Below are positions 62,291 to 64,000 of a stretch of DNA of 64,000 nt, piece by piece. A program made the position numbers and the translations under genes. Source of the stretch: Vicugna vicugna. Taxonomy: Eukaryota. The notes beneath the pieces were generated by a model. That model made no database searches and had not been told where the DNA came from. It was given only the letters and a program-made list of their open reading frames with translations. Positions within the stretch are counted from its first letter, which is position 1, and each line of letters begins with the position of its first letter. The stretch is taken from contig MU057701.1 in assembly GCA_013265495.1 (NCBI GenBank), positions 992,001 through 1,056,000 of the forward strand. The letters run 5' to 3'.

Positions 62291-62624
62291 CAGACTCACA
62301 GACATAGAGAATAAACTTATGATTATTACCAGAGGGGAAAGGGATGGGAAGGGATAAATTGGGAGTTCGAAATTTGCAGATACTAGCTACTATATATAAA
62401 ATAGATAAACAGCAAGTTTATACTGTAGAGCATAGGGAACTATATTCAGTATCTTGTAGTAACCAAAAAGGAAAAGAATATGAAAATGATTATATGTATG
62501 TATATGTATGACTAAAACATTATGCTGTACCCCAGAAATTGACACAACATTATATACTGACTATACTTCAGTAAAAAAAGAATGCAAATTAAAAAATAGA
62601 TAAAATAAAATACATCCTTTTTGG
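62291..62624 (+). mobile_element. Young L1 3' UTR fragment with TSD
   Basis: CAGACTCACAGACATAGAG...GCTGTACCCCAGAAATTGACACAACATT...CTATACTTCAGTAAAAAAA; TSD AAA(G/A)AAT(C/T)CATATAGTTA at 62273-62290 and 62625-62642. Confidence 0.9.
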
Positions 62625-62885
62625 AAAAAATTCATATAGTTAAATTAGCTATTGTAATCTTTCAATAAAATAGCAAAAATTTAGACAATTGTATTCTTCC
62701 CACCTTCCTTCCCACCCCCTAGTTTTGGTAAGAAGTAGAAGAGCTTTGGAAAGTAGTTTGACTCGCTCAGGATTTTGAAGATGGGAGAACTGTTTGGATC
62801 TAAGTCTTTAATAATATTAAATACATTTGCCTCTAGCTTGCTGGCGCTTTCAAAAATAGCTTGTAATTTCACCTTTTGCCAGTAG

Positions 62886-62952
62886 GTGGGGATATTTCTG
62901 CACGGGTGGATGTCAACAGTGACTAAAGATCTGTATAGCTGAAACCCAAAGT
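62886..62952 (+). other. Candidate short non-coding (5' UTR) exon of the CpG-island gene
   Basis: Acceptor TTTCACCTTTTGCCAGTAG| and donor |GTAAGT (62953-62958) enclose 67 nt of non-repetitive sequence. Confidence 0.35.
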
Positions 62953-63215
62953 GTAAGTAAGAGTACTTGAAATAAAGTTGGAGAATTAGAAACTATCAAA
63001 GGTAACACTAGTGCCTAATGAAAATCCATACTTTAGGATAAACTTTCTTGTAAAAAGTATATATTACATGTATAGGAGGAAATACAAAAATTCTTTGTAT
63101 TTGTTATATTAGAAGTGCAGACATAGTTCATTCAGCTTTTTGGTTTTTTTTTGGTATGAATTTATGTCATCAGGCTTTAAATATAACTTTCTTCCTCTAG
63201 TAAAGTAGAAGACTT

Positions 63216-63505
63216 TTTTATTGAAGTAGTCAGTTTACAATGTTGCATCAATTTCTGGTGTACAGCATAATAGTTTAGTCATACATATATGTACATATGT
63301 TCATTTTCATATTCTTGATTTTTAAAAAATATTTGTAGGTTTTTTTGGGGGTGATAATCAGGGTTTTATTGATTGATTTATCTTTCTTTTTTTAATGGGG
63401 TATTGGAGATTGAACCCTCGACCTTGTGTGTGCTAGGCATGCACTCTACCACTGAGCTATACCCTTCCCCTCCCTGTTTTCATATTCTTTTTCATTATAG
63501 GTTAC
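63216..63505 (-). mobile_element. Young L1 3' end carrying a nested SINE
   Basis: TTTATTGAAGTAGTCAGTTTACAATG...TTCATTATAGGTTAC; putative TSD AGAA(G/A)ACTT at 63207-63215 and 63506-63514. Confidence 0.82.
63317..63476 (-). mobile_element. tRNA-derived camelid-type SINE, long form
   Basis: GAGATTGAACCCTCGACC...GCACTCTACCACTGAGCTATACCC; perfect TSD TTTTCATATTCTT at 63304-63316 and 63477-63489. Confidence 0.92.
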
Positions 63506-64000
63506 AGAAAACTTATTGATGGGTCAGATTATTCAGAATCTTATGAGTTTAATACTATAAATAAGGTTGAAAGAGCTTTTTTTTTTTAAACTAAATTTTT
63601 GTAAAGGGAGAAGAATGAAAAAAATCTTTAAAAGATTTTTAAAAATCTTTTTAAAGTAAAATGGTATTCATAACATTCAAACTACGATGTCTATCACAGT
63701 ACTTGGTACATAGTACACCTTTAGTAAATATTTGTGAATTAAAGGATGATTGATGGAATTGAAAAAAGCTTACATGGTCTTAAGGACCTCATTTGAAACA
63801 AATAGAATCTTTCTTTGTGACATTATTACTGAATTAACTGGTATTTGTTCCTTAGTAATTTTGACTGTTAAGTTATAAAGATATAGAACTGAAGTATTCA
63901 TTCAAGTTAATGTTTCTCTTAATGGGTAGAACTCTTTTACCATACTCTGCATAGTTTTCTTCTTAACAAAGTAAAGATCAGTCTTATAGTCACAGCAAAA

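Noticed and set aside
1..64000. Prokaryotic-type systems (CRISPR arrays, operons, defence islands)
   Set aside because: The sequence is mammalian intergenic and intronic DNA; no repeat-spacer array or dense ORF structure is visible.

Overview
Mammalian (eutherian) genomic DNA, not prokaryotic. It is most likely a camelid (alpaca/camel), inferred from seven copies of a tRNA-derived SINE (head GGGAGGGTATAGCTCAGTGGTAGAGCGCATGCTTAGCATGCACGAGGTCCTGGGTTCAATCCCCAG) that resembles the camelid Vic-1 family. About 50 kb is intergenic and dense in transposon relics: MIR, L2, old and young L1, MLT1/MLT2/MER21-type LTRs, hAT MERs, and a ~6 kb decayed ERV-L provirus at ~19.1-25.4 kb carrying nested insertions. 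A CpG island at ~52.4-53.8 kb is interrupted by a 543-N assembly gap. It contains the end of a probable non-coding first exon (donor CAG|GTGAGG after 53218) of a + strand gene whose AT-rich intron fills the rest of the window. I cannot name this gene. A second, weaker promoter-like segment lies at ~0.9-1.5 kb. No intact protein-coding sequence is supported; the ORF track is chance ORFs or repeat-derived ORFs. I found no convincing new biological system. The most unusual signals are retrotransposition oddities: a TSD-bounded chimera of young and ancient L1 3' ends, independent L1 3'-UTR copies sharing 5' endpoints, and a polyadenylated LTR fragment that appears to have been retroposed by L1. 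Repeat subfamily names come from recalled consensus similarity, not a database search. Repeat boundaries are approximate unless a TSD is given.
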